Source: a candidate division WOR-3 bacterium
Lineage (GTDB): Bacteria; Hydrothermota; 32-111
Assembly (NCBI GenBank): GCA_039804105.1
Contig: JBDRZU010000001.1
Location: 384,001 to 448,000, forward strand
Direction of reading: 5' to 3'
Length of the DNA: 64,000 bases
Below the pieces are notes generated by a model. The model did no database searches. It worked only from the letters and a program-made list of their open reading frames with translations, and had not been told where the DNA came from. Shown in pieces: positions 40,128 to 50,472 of the stretch; the first letter of the stretch is position 1, and every line of letters starts with the position of its first letter. The position numbers and the translations under genes are program-made.

Positions 40128-40592
40128 TTACTTTTTTATATACTCGAGAACAAAAGTATAATTATCATTTAAAGAGTACTGAAATGCACCTCGAAAAATC
40201 CCTTTAACCTTTTTTACAAGAGCTTTGTCTTTTGTAGTTAATGAGATTCCATAGAGTATTCCAGTTTTTGGATGTTTTGGTTTGTTGTTAACAATCCAGT
40301 TTTCCCAGTCATACCTTATATCTTTTCGAGGCTTATAATTAAATTTGAAACCTTTAGGTAAATATTTTTTTAATTCTTTTGGCACTGTGCCAGGGCCATA
40401 ATCTGGTGGGAATTTCCCAGTATCAACATAGTAAGCAATAACCGCTTCTCTAATAACTTCAAAATCAGTTATGACTTTTGCTGCCTCTGCAGTTTTTTTT
40501 GCTTCATAAAACGATGGAAGAGCAAAGTTAACTATTATTGATATTATTAAAATAACTATCATCAACTCAATTAAAGAAAATCCTTTTTTCAT
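40128..40592 (-). CDS. Type IV pilin/GspG-like pseudopilin
   Basis: MKKG|FSLIELMIV prepilin cleavage motif, AYYVDTGKFP. Confidence 0.88.
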   Translation of the reverse strand: MKKGFSLIELMIVILIISIIVNFALPSFYEAKKTAEAAKVITDFEVIREAVIAYYVDTGKFPPDYGPGTVPKELKKYLPKGFKFNYKPRKDIRYDWENWIVNNKPKHPKTGILYGISLTTKDKALVKKVKGIFRGAFQYSLNDNYTFVLEYIKK

Positions 40593-41071
40593 TTTTCCCC
40601 CTCTTCTAAAACAAGATTTTTAAATTTTTCGGGAATAAGTAATATTGGATCATCTTTTGAATTGTAGGTTATAACTTTTTCATTTTGTTTTATAGAAAGT
40701 TCAAATATTGAATCATCCATAATAGAATAATCAACAGAGTCCTGTTCATGAACAAACTCTTTTAAATCTTTTGGTAAAAAACCATTTTGCTCTTTATAGT
40801 TCTTTATCTTCATCACCGTAAGATACAGAAATATCTTTTTGTTTTCTTCGATTTCACTCTCAGATAAAGTAAGTTTATTCATTTGTTCAAACTTTTTTAC
40901 ATTGAAAAATATCGATGCTATAAAAAGTATAAAAATCACAATAAAAGTCAGCAACTTAGCAACCTTTTCAATGTTTTTCTCTTTAGTTTTTACTTCCTTT
41001 TTCTTTTTATCCTCTTCTTCTTCTTCAACTTTCTGGATGAGATCTTGAATATCCTTTTTCACTTCATCCAT
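40589..41071 (-). CDS. Hypothetical single-TM protein with a pseudopilin-like globular region
   Basis: Charged N-terminus, one TM, NYKEQNGFLPKDL motif; overlaps the pilin start (ATGA). Confidence 0.6.
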   Translation of the reverse strand: MDEVKKDIQDLIQKVEEEEEDKKKKEVKTKEKNIEKVAKLLTFIVIFILFIASIFFNVKKFEQMNKLTLSESEIEENKKIFLYLTVMKIKNYKEQNGFLPKDLKEFVHEQDSVDYSIMDDSIFELSIKQNEKVITYNSKDDPILLIPEKFKNLVLEEGEK

Positions 41072-41254
41072 AAAAACTCCTCTTATTTTGGAAAATTATA
41101 AACAAAAATTATTCCAAATCTATCTTATTGAAAATTACCACTTTGTAAAATTACCCTCCATTTTTATTGTAATAATTTTTAAACATTGTAAAAGAGAAAT
41201 TACAAAAATTTTATAAACATAAAAAACTAAAATTGAAATCTGAAAAAAAATCAA

Positions 41255-44200
41255 TTATTTTATTACAACCATTTTTTTAGTGATTTCTTCTTCCCCATCT
41301 CTAAGTTTAATTATATAGATTCCAGGCACAAGAACCCTACCATCATAAAAATGATTTCCTTCCATATTATTAACTTGTCTTTCAACAATTCTACCTGTCA
41401 CATCATAAATAACAAATTCGTTTTTCCTGTTTTTCACTCCAAAATTTACTGAATTAACATTTATACTAAGAAAAGTTTTATAGTGTTTGTTTTTATTTCC
41501 AACTTTTGAGATTTCATGAGTTTTCGTAGTAATTGCTCTTTTTAGTATAAAATAACCATTTGAACCAACTGTATGTATCAATGAATCTTCAACAAATACA
41601 CCAAGGGCTTCAGCACCATTAATAATATAGTAACCTTCCTCTACAGGATTTGTAACTGAAGAAATATCAATAACTCTCAAACCAGAATAACTGTCAGCGA
41701 CATAAGCATAATCACCAAAAACATAAGTATCTATTGCATATCCTGGGGTATCGTAGGAACCTACTTCAACAGGGGATAATAGATCTGATATATCTATTAT
41801 TCTTAATCCTGCCTCCCCATCAGCAACATAAGCATAATTTCCAGATATAAATATATCTTTTGTGTTGTATAAACTGAAATAACTTAATTCATTTATAAAA
41901 GGTAAATCTACCAATAAAATTCTCAACCCACTATAACCATCTGCTATAAACACATAAAACCAATCATAATCTTTAATAACTTGAAGACCACATGTATTAC
42001 CAGGAGTATCATAATAACCAATTTCTTGAGGGTTTGTTGGAATACTTACATTTATTATTCTAAGTCCATATGTTCCATCGGTAATAAAAGCAAGAGTATC
42101 AATAACATATACATGTTGAACATAGCCAGGAGTATCATAATATCCAATCTCTTGTGGATTAGCAGGATTACTTATATCTATTATTCTTAAACCTGCAGAA
42201 TAAGCCGCTACATAGGCATAATTCCCAGAAATAAAAACATTCCTCGGTTCTCCGGGAGTATCATGAAAACCAATTTGAACAGGATTTGTTGAATCACTCA
42301 CATCAACAATTCTTAACCCATTGAGCCAATCAGCAACATAAGCATAGTTATCTTTTACATAAACATTACAAAAACGTCCACTTGGGTTATAATATGCTTT
42401 TTCTATAATATTTGGTGGACAAATCATTGAAATTATTATTAAACCTCCGATATCGGAAGCAAGATAAATATTATTTTCAGAAAATGCAAGATTATGGGTA
42501 AAAGATTTCGTTCTATATGAAGTCACAAACTCTGGATTCAGTGGATTAGAAACATCTATAACTACAATCCCATTGTTTCCATCAGCTATATAAGCAAAAC
42601 TTCCAGAAACATATACATTATAAGCATTGCCTGGAGTATCATAATAACCAATTTCATAAGGATTATAGATATTAGAAATATCAATTATTCTCAATCCAAA
42701 GTTATCATCAGCAATATAAGCAAAATTACCTTCTACATAAATAGACTGTGAATAACCTGGAGTATTATAACTACTCACATATAAAGGGTTGGCGGGATTT
42801 GTCACATCAATTATTACCAAACCATTATCATCATAAGCAAGATATGCAAAATTACCGGAAACATAAACATCTCTAATATAGCTGAGAGAAGAGAACTGAT
42901 AATAACCTACTTCAAATGGGTTTATTGGATCCGATATATCTATTATTCTTAACGCATCAAAATCTGCAACATAAGCATATCTTCCTGAGATAAATATTTT
43001 TCCAGCATACCCAGGTGTATCATAATAACCAACTTCATATGGATTTAATGGATTAGAAATATCTATTATTCTTATCCCCGCATTATCATCAGCAATATAT
43101 GCATACTTCTCATATATTTTAACATCACAGGCAAACCCGGGAGTATCATAATAACTTATTTGTACAGGTTCGTTTGGATTAGAAATATCCAAAATTCTTA
43201 AACCTGAATAACCATCCGCTACAAACGCATAATTACCTGATAGTTCTATTTTTCTTGCTGATCCTGGGGTATCATAGTAACCCCTTTGTGATAAATTTAT
43301 GGGGAGGGTATTTAGATCAATTATATGTAAACCAGAAGTTTCTGACGCAATATATACATAATTCCCGGAACCATCAATTTTTAAAGGCAAACCAGCGATA
43401 TTATAAAAAGCAATCTCATATGGATTTGACGGATTTGATACATCAATTATATAAAAACCTGATTCTGACATTAAATCAACATATAACAAAAATAAATAAT
43501 TCCCTGATAAATAAAACCCTGTTGTTATACCACGTTGTGAATAAAAGTTCCCAATTTCTGTTGGATTTGCTGGATCACTTACATCAATTATTCGTAAAAA
43601 ATTACCAACACTAATATACGCGTACTTTGATGATGCATAAACACTCCTTGCATATCCAGATGTAATATAATAACCTAATTCTAACGGATTTGTTGGATCA
43701 CTTATATCGACTATTCGTAAACCATAACTACCATCCGCAATATATGCATAATTGCCAGAAATGTACACATCCCATGCATAACCAGGTGTATCATAACTGC
43801 CTACTTCTATTGGATTTTTCGGATCACTTATATCGACTATTCGTAAACCATAACTACCATCCGCAATATATGCATAATTGCCAGAAATATAAATATCAGA
43901 TACATATCCAGGTGTATCATAATACCCTATTCCCTTAGGACTAAGTGGATCTGTAACATCTATTATTATCAAACCAGAATAACCATCAGCAACATATGCA
44001 TAAGTTCCCGAAATAAAAACGTCTTCTGCGTCTCCAGATGTCTCGTAAAAACCAACATCATAAATATTTGTAGGATCACTTATGTTTATAATTTTTAAAC
44101 CATAATTGTGTACAGTTACATAAGCGTATTGACCAGATAAGAATACTCCTATTATATCATCCGGATATAAATCTGTTTCATTTGGATTAACTGAATTTAT

Positions 44201-45223
44201 TTCGAGCATTCTTAATCCTGATTCATAATATACTGCATAAGCATAGTTATCTATAACATAGATATCTAAAAGAAGATCATCATTTGGGTCGAAATAACCA
44301 ATTTCTTTGGCAAATGATGGGTTTGAGATGTTTAAAATTCTCATTCCTGAAATCCCATCTGCAAGGTAGACATACTTACCAAAAACGTAAATATCATAAA
44401 CAAATCCTGATGTATCAAAATATTTAATTTTCTTTGGTACAGAAGGAGTAGAAACATCTATTATTGCTAAACCAGAATCTCCATCAGCAATATAAGCATA
44501 AAAATTATCAACACATAGGTCAACTGCATTCCCTGGAGTATCAAAATATCCAACCTCATAAGGGTTTGATGGGTCAGTTATATTTATAATACGTAAGCCA
44601 AATTCATATTCTGTTAAGTAAGCATAATTATTAACTACATAAACACCAGTAATAGGACCAGCAGAGACATAGGAACCAATTTCTAAAGGATTTGAGGGAT
44701 TAGACACATCAAATATTTTTAATCCAGAAATATCAGCAGCAACATAAACATAATTTCCTAATACAAATAGATCATAAGGATTTCCAATAATATTAATACT
44801 ACTGATTATAGATGGTTGTTTTGGATCTGAAACATCAACTATAATCAACCCCGAATTTTCGACAGCAATATAAGCATAATCACCCAACACAAAAATGTCA
44901 TTTAAATAATTTGGTAACACGATATTATTTATTAAAATTGGATTGCTTTTATTTTTTACATCTACTATAGTAAGTGAATAATCCATTCCAATATAAGCAA
45001 GAGTATCTACAACATATAGACATGTTGTTCTATCAAAACAAGGTAATCTTCCAATACCTTTAACATTCAAACTATCATTAGCCCATTTTACTTCTGAATT
45101 TAATGGATCATTAAACTTTTCTTCATTTACATCAGGCAAATATGAGGGGAATAAAAAAGATGGAATAAAAAACAATATAAACAGTAATAAAGTACAAAAT
45201 ACCTTTTTCACACTCACCTCCAT
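41255..45223 (-). CDS. Large secreted LVIVD-repeat (beta-propeller) protein with T9SS-type C-terminal domain; true start may be GTG 45211
   Basis: More than 20 copies of a ~42-aa unit (YDTPG.A..V.ISGNYAYVADG..GLRIIDISNP). C-terminal IYDVTGRIV...PGIYII...KKMVVIK. Confidence 0.92.
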   Translation of the reverse strand: MEVSVKKVFCTLLLFILFFIPSFLFPSYLPDVNEEKFNDPLNSEVKWANDSLNVKGIGRLPCFDRTTCLYVVDTLAYIGMDYSLTIVDVKNKSNPILINNIVLPNYLNDIFVLGDYAYIAVENSGLIIVDVSDPKQPSIISSINIIGNPYDLFVLGNYVYVAADISGLKIFDVSNPSNPLEIGSYVSAGPITGVYVVNNYAYLTEYEFGLRIINITDPSNPYEVGYFDTPGNAVDLCVDNFYAYIADGDSGLAIIDVSTPSVPKKIKYFDTSGFVYDIYVFGKYVYLADGISGMRILNISNPSFAKEIGYFDPNDDLLLDIYVIDNYAYAVYYESGLRMLEINSVNPNETDLYPDDIIGVFLSGQYAYVTVHNYGLKIINISDPTNIYDVGFYETSGDAEDVFISGTYAYVADGYSGLIIIDVTDPLSPKGIGYYDTPGYVSDIYISGNYAYIADGSYGLRIVDISDPKNPIEVGSYDTPGYAWDVYISGNYAYIADGSYGLRIVDISDPTNPLELGYYITSGYARSVYASSKYAYISVGNFLRIIDVSDPANPTEIGNFYSQRGITTGFYLSGNYLFLLYVDLMSESGFYIIDVSNPSNPYEIAFYNIAGLPLKIDGSGNYVYIASETSGLHIIDLNTLPINLSQRGYYDTPGSARKIELSGNYAFVADGYSGLRILDISNPNEPVQISYYDTPGFACDVKIYEKYAYIADDNAGIRIIDISNPLNPYEVGYYDTPGYAGKIFISGRYAYVADFDALRIIDISDPINPFEVGYYQFSSLSYIRDVYVSGNFAYLAYDDNGLVIIDVTNPANPLYVSSYNTPGYSQSIYVEGNFAYIADDNFGLRIIDISNIYNPYEIGYYDTPGNAYNVYVSGSFAYIADGNNGIVVIDVSNPLNPEFVTSYRTKSFTHNLAFSENNIYLASDIGGLIIISMICPPNIIEKAYYNPSGRFCNVYVKDNYAYVADWLNGLRIVDVSDSTNPVQIGFHDTPGEPRNVFISGNYAYVAAYSAGLRIIDISNPANPQEIGYYDTPGYVQHVYVIDTLAFITDGTYGLRIINVSIPTNPQEIGYYDTPGNTCGLQVIKDYDWFYVFIADGYSGLRILLVDLPFINELSYFSLYNTKDIFISGNYAYVADGEAGLRIIDISDLLSPVEVGSYDTPGYAIDTYVFGDYAYVADSYSGLRVIDISSVTNPVEEGYYIINGAEALGVFVEDSLIHTVGSNGYFILKRAITTKTHEISKVGNKNKHYKTFLSINVNSVNFGVKNRKNEFVIYDVTGRIVERQVNNMEGNHFYDGRVLVPGIYIIKLRDGEEEITKKMVVIK
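43695..43888. repeat. Identical 68-nt direct repeat (126-nt period) within the LVIVD gene
   Basis: ggatcacttatatcgactattcgtaaaccataactaccatccgcaatatatgcataattgccagaaat at 43695-43762 and 43821-43888. Confidence 0.9.
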
Positions 45224-45293
45224 ATTTCTATAAAAATTTTATATGAAAAAAAATTATCCTGTCAATACAAATATTTCCTAATTTGGGAAACTA

Positions 45294-46508
45294 TTATTCG
45301 GGTTTACCAATCTTACCTATAAAAAGGATATTTTTTGTATTATTTTCAACTATTAAAAACAAAAAAGGTCTATCTATTTTTAAAATTCTTTTTTGAATAA
45401 CAGCAGTTTCTTTAACTATTATAACACCAGTTGCTGCTGCAGCTTCACTCCCTTCTTCATCAACTTTCAAAAAAGATTGATGTATAACATTACTAATATA
45501 AAGGTCATCATAATCTGTCATATTAGAAAAATCTGCTTCAGGAGTGAAAGATTTTTCCATACCCATTTCTATCAAAACATCGTTAAGTAAATATTTTTTT
45601 TCAAGTTTAAATTTTGGGAAAGATATCCTATCAAATTTCTCAAATCTCATAGAATCAAAACAATTTTTTATTTCAAGATAATCAAGCGGGAAAACACTTT
45701 TCATTCCACTAAAAGGAACCAGAAATATCGCAGAGTAATTTGTATCCGCATATGGAAACTCCACTATGAAAAACTTATCATTTTCAAAATATTTTAATGG
45801 TTCTTTAAGATCTGTTGACATCATTTTACATTTTACTTTTTTATACCCATCTACAATAAAATCATCTTCGAAGGTATATTTCTTTTCAAACTGTTTTTTC
45901 CATAATGCATTAAAATATATTGCATTTGTTATTATGAGTGTCGTTGATTTATCAATGATCCCTTTAGGTAAAAAATCTTTTATCTTTTCCTTTGTAAAAT
46001 CTTCTATATATTTATTTATCTTTAACCTTGATTCTTCTGTTTTATTTATGAAATCGACTTTTTCTGCAAAAGATCTATAGTTTTCTTTCACAGTTTTAGG
46101 ATATTCATCCTTAAACCTATACGATTTTTCCATCCACAGGCCATTCGATATCTTTATAGTAATATTTTTATCTTCTTTATCAAAAAATTTGATTTCATCT
46201 GAATAGATAGATCTTAAAACTTCTTTGTCAGGGAAGTGAAAAACTTTTTTGATCTCTTTTTCTGTCTCTCCACCTGCACCCTCATATGTAATTGCCAATG
46301 CACTTGCTATACTGAAAGGAGATATCACTACATTCTCATCTTTATCATACAATCTGTTCAAAAGTTCGAAACCAAAAAGATTATAAAAATTTACATTTTT
46401 TGAAATAGTGTTATTGTAATTTTCAACTTTTTTTACATTATCAGATTTTGCACAAGAAAAAGATAACATAACAAGAATAAAAATCATCAAATTAAAAAAC
46501 TTTTTCAT
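45294..46508 (-). CDS. Lipoprotein serpin (serine protease inhibitor)
   Basis: Lipobox LSFSC, NVVISPFSI, NAIYFNALW, PKF, EEGSEAAAAT hinge, DRPFLF. Confidence 0.95.
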   Translation of the reverse strand: MKKFFNLMIFILVMLSFSCAKSDNVKKVENYNNTISKNVNFYNLFGFELLNRLYDKDENVVISPFSIASALAITYEGAGGETEKEIKKVFHFPDKEVLRSIYSDEIKFFDKEDKNITIKISNGLWMEKSYRFKDEYPKTVKENYRSFAEKVDFINKTEESRLKINKYIEDFTKEKIKDFLPKGIIDKSTTLIITNAIYFNALWKKQFEKKYTFEDDFIVDGYKKVKCKMMSTDLKEPLKYFENDKFFIVEFPYADTNYSAIFLVPFSGMKSVFPLDYLEIKNCFDSMRFEKFDRISFPKFKLEKKYLLNDVLIEMGMEKSFTPEADFSNMTDYDDLYISNVIHQSFLKVDEEGSEAAAATGVIIVKETAVIQKRILKIDRPFLFLIVENNTKNILFIGKIGKPE

Positions 46509-46521
46509 AAAAAATCTCCTT

Positions 46522-47721
46522 TTAAATTTTCAACTTTGTGGAATTCTTCTCCAAAATTATAAAAAACTTTACCCAGAAATACTCAAAACTGTATTTAAAA
46601 TTTATTTTACTCCAGAGGTTCACGATTAACATCCATAACAAAACATTAAAAAAACCGAACAAAAAAGTTTTATTCATATCAAGATTCCATCCCGGGTTCA
46701 ACTTTAAATAAAATTTTCTTAACAATTCTGAAATCAAAACTTCCATAATGTATATTGAAAGACTGACCCTACTAAAATTATATATTAAAGAAAAGTTTTT
46801 TAAAACACTTTTCTTTCTCTCGAATAAAAGATAGATCAAAATAACACTGAAAATAAAAAATCCAAGTTCAAAATTTGTTTTAAAATACCAGAATAAATCC
46901 GGCTTTGAAATCGATTTTGGGAATTTCGACATTCCATACAAACCATAAAGAATTAAAAACAAAGATGCAGGTAAAACAACTTTTTTTAAAATATCTTCCC
47001 TTTTATCAAATATCAAATAACCGATAAGCATCCCAAACAATCCATAGGAAAAATAGGTTATCAGAGGATATGGATTTGCTATGAAAAATGTTAACACAAT
47101 AGCAGGTAATAAAACTTGATTGATTTTCAACAGATCAAAATATTTATAGATGTCAACTCTAATAAAAGAGAAAAAAATTATTGAAAAACCTGCAACAAAT
47201 AAAAAATTGTAAATCAAATCCCTTTTGAACTTTAATTTTTTGAACATGATTTGTAAAAATGAAAGTAAAACGATGTTAAAAGCTATGGTTGAAATCGATG
47301 ATCCATCAAAAAGTTTTTTGTAAGGATGAAACTGATTCATACTGCCTCTTATTAAAGCAGCGAATAGAGTTAGATCAGGTTTATTGTTAACAAAATCAAC
47401 ATTCCATCTACCAGCAACAAGGTTTAAGTAAAAATGTATTATGATGTAAATTACAAATATAAAAAGTAAAATTTTCCAGATATTTTTATTTTCATTTTTT
47501 TCTTCCCTTTTTAAAAATGCAAAAGTGTTCACTATCGAAGAATAAATGATAAAGATTCCTCCCCATAATGCCATAAAACTTATGAGAACAATAAAAATTG
47601 GTGGATTTGAAAAATCTATTTGATGTATTTTATCATAATTGTAAATCGAACAATGAAAAAATATAATGAAAATCATCGCTAAACCTCTTATGATATCAAA
47701 TGTCAAAATCCTATCCTTCAC
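46522..47721 (-). CDS. Polytopic membrane protein, DUF1624/HGSNAT or acyltransferase-3-like
   Basis: RILTFDIIRGLAMIFIIFFH, YPLI.Y, SLSIY; about 10 TM helices. Confidence 0.7.
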   Translation of the reverse strand: MKDRILTFDIIRGLAMIFIIFFHCSIYNYDKIHQIDFSNPPIFIVLISFMALWGGIFIIYSSIVNTFAFLKREEKNENKNIWKILLFIFVIYIIIHFYLNLVAGRWNVDFVNNKPDLTLFAALIRGSMNQFHPYKKLFDGSSISTIAFNIVLLSFLQIMFKKLKFKRDLIYNFLFVAGFSIIFFSFIRVDIYKYFDLLKINQVLLPAIVLTFFIANPYPLITYFSYGLFGMLIGYLIFDKREDILKKVVLPASLFLILYGLYGMSKFPKSISKPDLFWYFKTNFELGFFIFSVILIYLLFERKKSVLKNFSLIYNFSRVSLSIYIMEVLISELLRKFYLKLNPGWNLDMNKTFLFGFFNVLLWMLIVNLWSKINFKYSFEYFWVKFFIILEKNSTKLKI

Positions 47722-49103
47722 AGATCCTCCTTCACTTCAAATTCTCTTATCATTCTTATAAATTTATTAGATTTCCTATTTTGACTTATATTTTCAAAAG
47801 ATATTTCTATTTCAGGTTCTTTACATCCATAATCTTTGAAAACTTCTTTTATACTTTTAACCAAATTTTCTTTTTCAAAAGATTCTTCCTTTTCGGTTTT
47901 CTTTAATTCAATTATAATATGAAGTTTTTGGGGACTTTTTTCAAATACCTGATACTCCTCTATTTTTTCTGAACTTGTTATAATTGCCCTTGAGATATAA
48001 TCTGGTGAAATAAACTGTAAACCATTTCCATCAATTTTTTCACCATAAAAAAGATGATCATTCCTTCCAGCAATACTTTCAATGACTCGAAAATTCGAAC
48101 CACACGAACATCTTTTTGGACTTATCGTTATCACATCGTTAAGGTTGTATCGTATAATCGGTTGTGCCCTTTTATGAAGGTCTGTGATAATAAGTTTTTC
48201 ACATTGTTTACCAGGAGGAGTTTCACTGAAATCTTTGTTTAAAGTTTCAACATAAACAAGATCTTCATTTATATGCAGATTTTCTTTTTCACATGTAATT
48301 CCTATAGGACCCTCTGTTGCTTTATATATTTCATGAATGGGACAATTAAAAACTTCTTTTAGAAAAATTTTCACATCTGGATACAGGATTTCTGCATAGG
48401 AAATAATTCTCTTGGGTTTTATTTTACAAAGTCCCATTTTTACCTGTTTAGCGATTAGTTTTAACATCGAAGGTGGTGCTGAAATTATATTTGGGTTTAT
48501 ATTTTCAAGTTTTTTACAAATATTTTCAATAGTATCAAGTTGACTTATATAGTTAAATGAGTGGCCAAAAATGTTAAAGTTAAATGCCGGTGCACTGACC
48601 CTTAATATGAATGCGATTTTCATCTTTTGATTTTCTGGGAAATCGAATCTTGCTAAAAATGCTGCTTTCATATACATCTCTTCTCTCGGGGTAACAATTT
48701 CTACTCCTTTATTTCCACTTGTTCCAGAAGACATTCCTATGTTGAGTCCTTTAAACCTTCTTGAAAAATCTCTACTTTTTTCAACCTCACAACAAAAATT
48801 TATAATCTCCTCTTTCTTCAGTCCAAGTGTATTATATGTTGTCAGATTATCCATCATAATATTTTTATTTATTATCGGGAGTTTTTTGAAATCTTTCAGA
48901 TCATATCCACTGTAAAGTTTATTGAAAAATTCTGATTTTTTAAAAGCATATTCAACAACAAGATCTCTTTTAATTCTCTGGTAATTTTCAATATCCTTTT
49001 TTGAAAAATGTTTAAAAGCGTATTTTGAAAAAAGATAAAATACTAAAAAATTTTGCGTTTCAAAATCAGCAAAAAAATCTTTAATCTTATAAAAATCCAT
49101 CAA
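47718..49103 (-). CDS. Adenylate-forming enzyme, F390 synthetase/PaaK-like (TIGR02304-like)
   Basis: LPIINK, GMSSGTSGNKG, AEIL, IYKATEG, LHINED, QPIIRY.L.D, CSCGS, GRND. Confidence 0.88.
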   Translation of the reverse strand: MMDFYKIKDFFADFETQNFLVFYLFSKYAFKHFSKKDIENYQRIKRDLVVEYAFKKSEFFNKLYSGYDLKDFKKLPIINKNIMMDNLTTYNTLGLKKEEIINFCCEVEKSRDFSRRFKGLNIGMSSGTSGNKGVEIVTPREEMYMKAAFLARFDFPENQKMKIAFILRVSAPAFNFNIFGHSFNYISQLDTIENICKKLENINPNIISAPPSMLKLIAKQVKMGLCKIKPKRIISYAEILYPDVKIFLKEVFNCPIHEIYKATEGPIGITCEKENLHINEDLVYVETLNKDFSETPPGKQCEKLIITDLHKRAQPIIRYNLNDVITISPKRCSCGSNFRVIESIAGRNDHLFYGEKIDGNGLQFISPDYISRAIITSSEKIEEYQVFEKSPQKLHIIIELKKTEKEESFEKENLVKSIKEVFKDYGCKEPEIEISFENISQNRKSNKFIRMIREFEVKEDL

Positions 49104-49105
49104 AA

Positions 49106-49543
49106 CTATTTATTGTCTTGCTCAACCTTTTCCAGCTCTTTAACAGGTGCAGGGACAAAAAAAGAAACTATAAAAATTGACACGAAAACTCCAAAGAAAA
49201 ATGAAGTAAAGATTAGTTTTGTAAGATTTGCCGACTTTACTTTATAATAGTTGTTCAACCTGTAGCTCAAATCGTCAAGTGTAACATTCGTAAATGTCTC
49301 ATTTTTATCGTAAAGAACTAACTTATTCTCAGTTATACTTTTCTGTAAAAGTTCCCCTCTAAGAAAAATTTCAAAATCGTTTGCGCTTTTTTCATAAGGG
49401 ATCATCATATTTGTTCCAGTCCAATAGATGTTTTTATTCCCGAAAAAAGTGTTAAAAAGATCAGCAATGAAAAATGAACCAACGATGATTATTCCAGTTA
49501 ACCCAAGGAAAAATAAACTGTTATTTTTTTTCTTCATATTCAC
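49106..49543 (-). CDS. Hypothetical two-TM protein
   Basis: N- and C-terminal TM segments; tightly coupled to its neighbours. Confidence 0.65.
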   Translation of the reverse strand: MNMKKKNNSLFFLGLTGIIIVGSFFIADLFNTFFGNKNIYWTGTNMMIPYEKSANDFEIFLRGELLQKSITENKLVLYDKNETFTNVTLDDLSYRLNNYYKVKSANLTKLIFTSFFFGVFVSIFIVSFFVPAPVKELEKVEQDNK

Positions 49544-49881
49544 TCCTTATCTCTTTTAAAATTTTTCATCTCAAAAGGAATTTCTATGGAAAGTTCATAA
49601 AACCCTGCATATTTCCCATCAATATAAAAAGGTTGTTGGTAGATCAATTTTTTTACACCTTTCTTTTCGATAGTATAAACATTCTTTTCTTGTTTTTCCA
49701 TGATTTCTTTCAATTTAGATTTTGCTGGCTCTGGATGACAATCAAAAACTGATTTACCTATCAAATTTTCTCCATAATCCTGAAAAATCTTTTTTGCTTT
49801 CTCGTTCATATAAATTATTATTCCTTCCCTATCACACACTGTAATACCAATATCGAGTTGATTGAAAAATTTTAATTCCAT
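49540..49881 (-). CDS. Stand-alone PAS-domain protein
   Basis: ITVCDREGIIIYMN, LIGKSVFDCHP. Confidence 0.85.
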   Translation of the reverse strand: MELKFFNQLDIGITVCDREGIIIYMNEKAKKIFQDYGENLIGKSVFDCHPEPAKSKLKEIMEKQEKNVYTIEKKGVKKLIYQQPFYIDGKYAGFYELSIEIPFEMKNFKRDKE

Positions 49882-49983
49882 AAGTTAATTTTACCTTTTT
49901 TTAGATGTTTTACAATAGAAAAAATTATAAATTGAAATTGATTTTTAATTCAATGGTGATTATAATTAAAAAAGGAGGCAGTT

Positions 49984-50472
49984 ATTAAAAAATCTTTTAA
50001 ACTTTCTATGATAATTTTATCTTTTATCTTTTCAACCTGTACACTCCTTTCTCCAGTAAGAGATATAGTTGGAACTTGGAAAACAACATACCCTGTAAAA
50101 GTTTACTATGAAACAGATTACAACAATTTTACGGGCACTCTTGAACCTGTTGCATACGAGTACTGGGATATAGAAATGAAAATTTCACAAACATTTTCTT
50201 CAAATGAAGTTGATATAGAATGGAAATATACAAGATCTGGTTTCACTCCACTTGTTGATGAACCAGGAGTTGTCCCAGAGCCATCACCTATTTATTTGAC
50301 TGGTACAATCAATGGCACAAGGATATACTTGAGCAAATATGATGATCCGACATTTGGTGAACTAAACTATTTAACAGATCTTATGGAAGGATTTATCGAT
50401 TATCTTTACACAGGCATCTACTCTCAAAGAACTTATTGTAATCCTAACGATTTAAAGTTTATCAAGCAATAA
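49984..50472 (+). CDS. Hypothetical lipoprotein (probable ATT start at 49984; track start 50008)
   Basis: GGAGG at 49974-49978 precedes an in-frame ATT, giving (M)KKSFKLSMIILSFIFSTC. IVGTWK lipocalin-like strand. Confidence 0.65.
   Translation: MKKSFKLSMIILSFIFSTCTLLSPVRDIVGTWKTTYPVKVYYETDYNNFTGTLEPVAYEYWDIEMKISQTFSSNEVDIEWKYTRSGFTPLVDEPGVVPEPSPIYLTGTINGTRIYLSKYDDPTFGELNYLTDLMEGFIDYLYTGIYSQRTYCNPNDLKFIKQ

Noticed and set aside
41255..45223. Repeats as a CRISPR array or DGR template/variable repeat
   Set aside because: The repeats are in-frame protein repeats. There are no spacers, cas genes, reverse transcriptase or adenine-specific mismatches.
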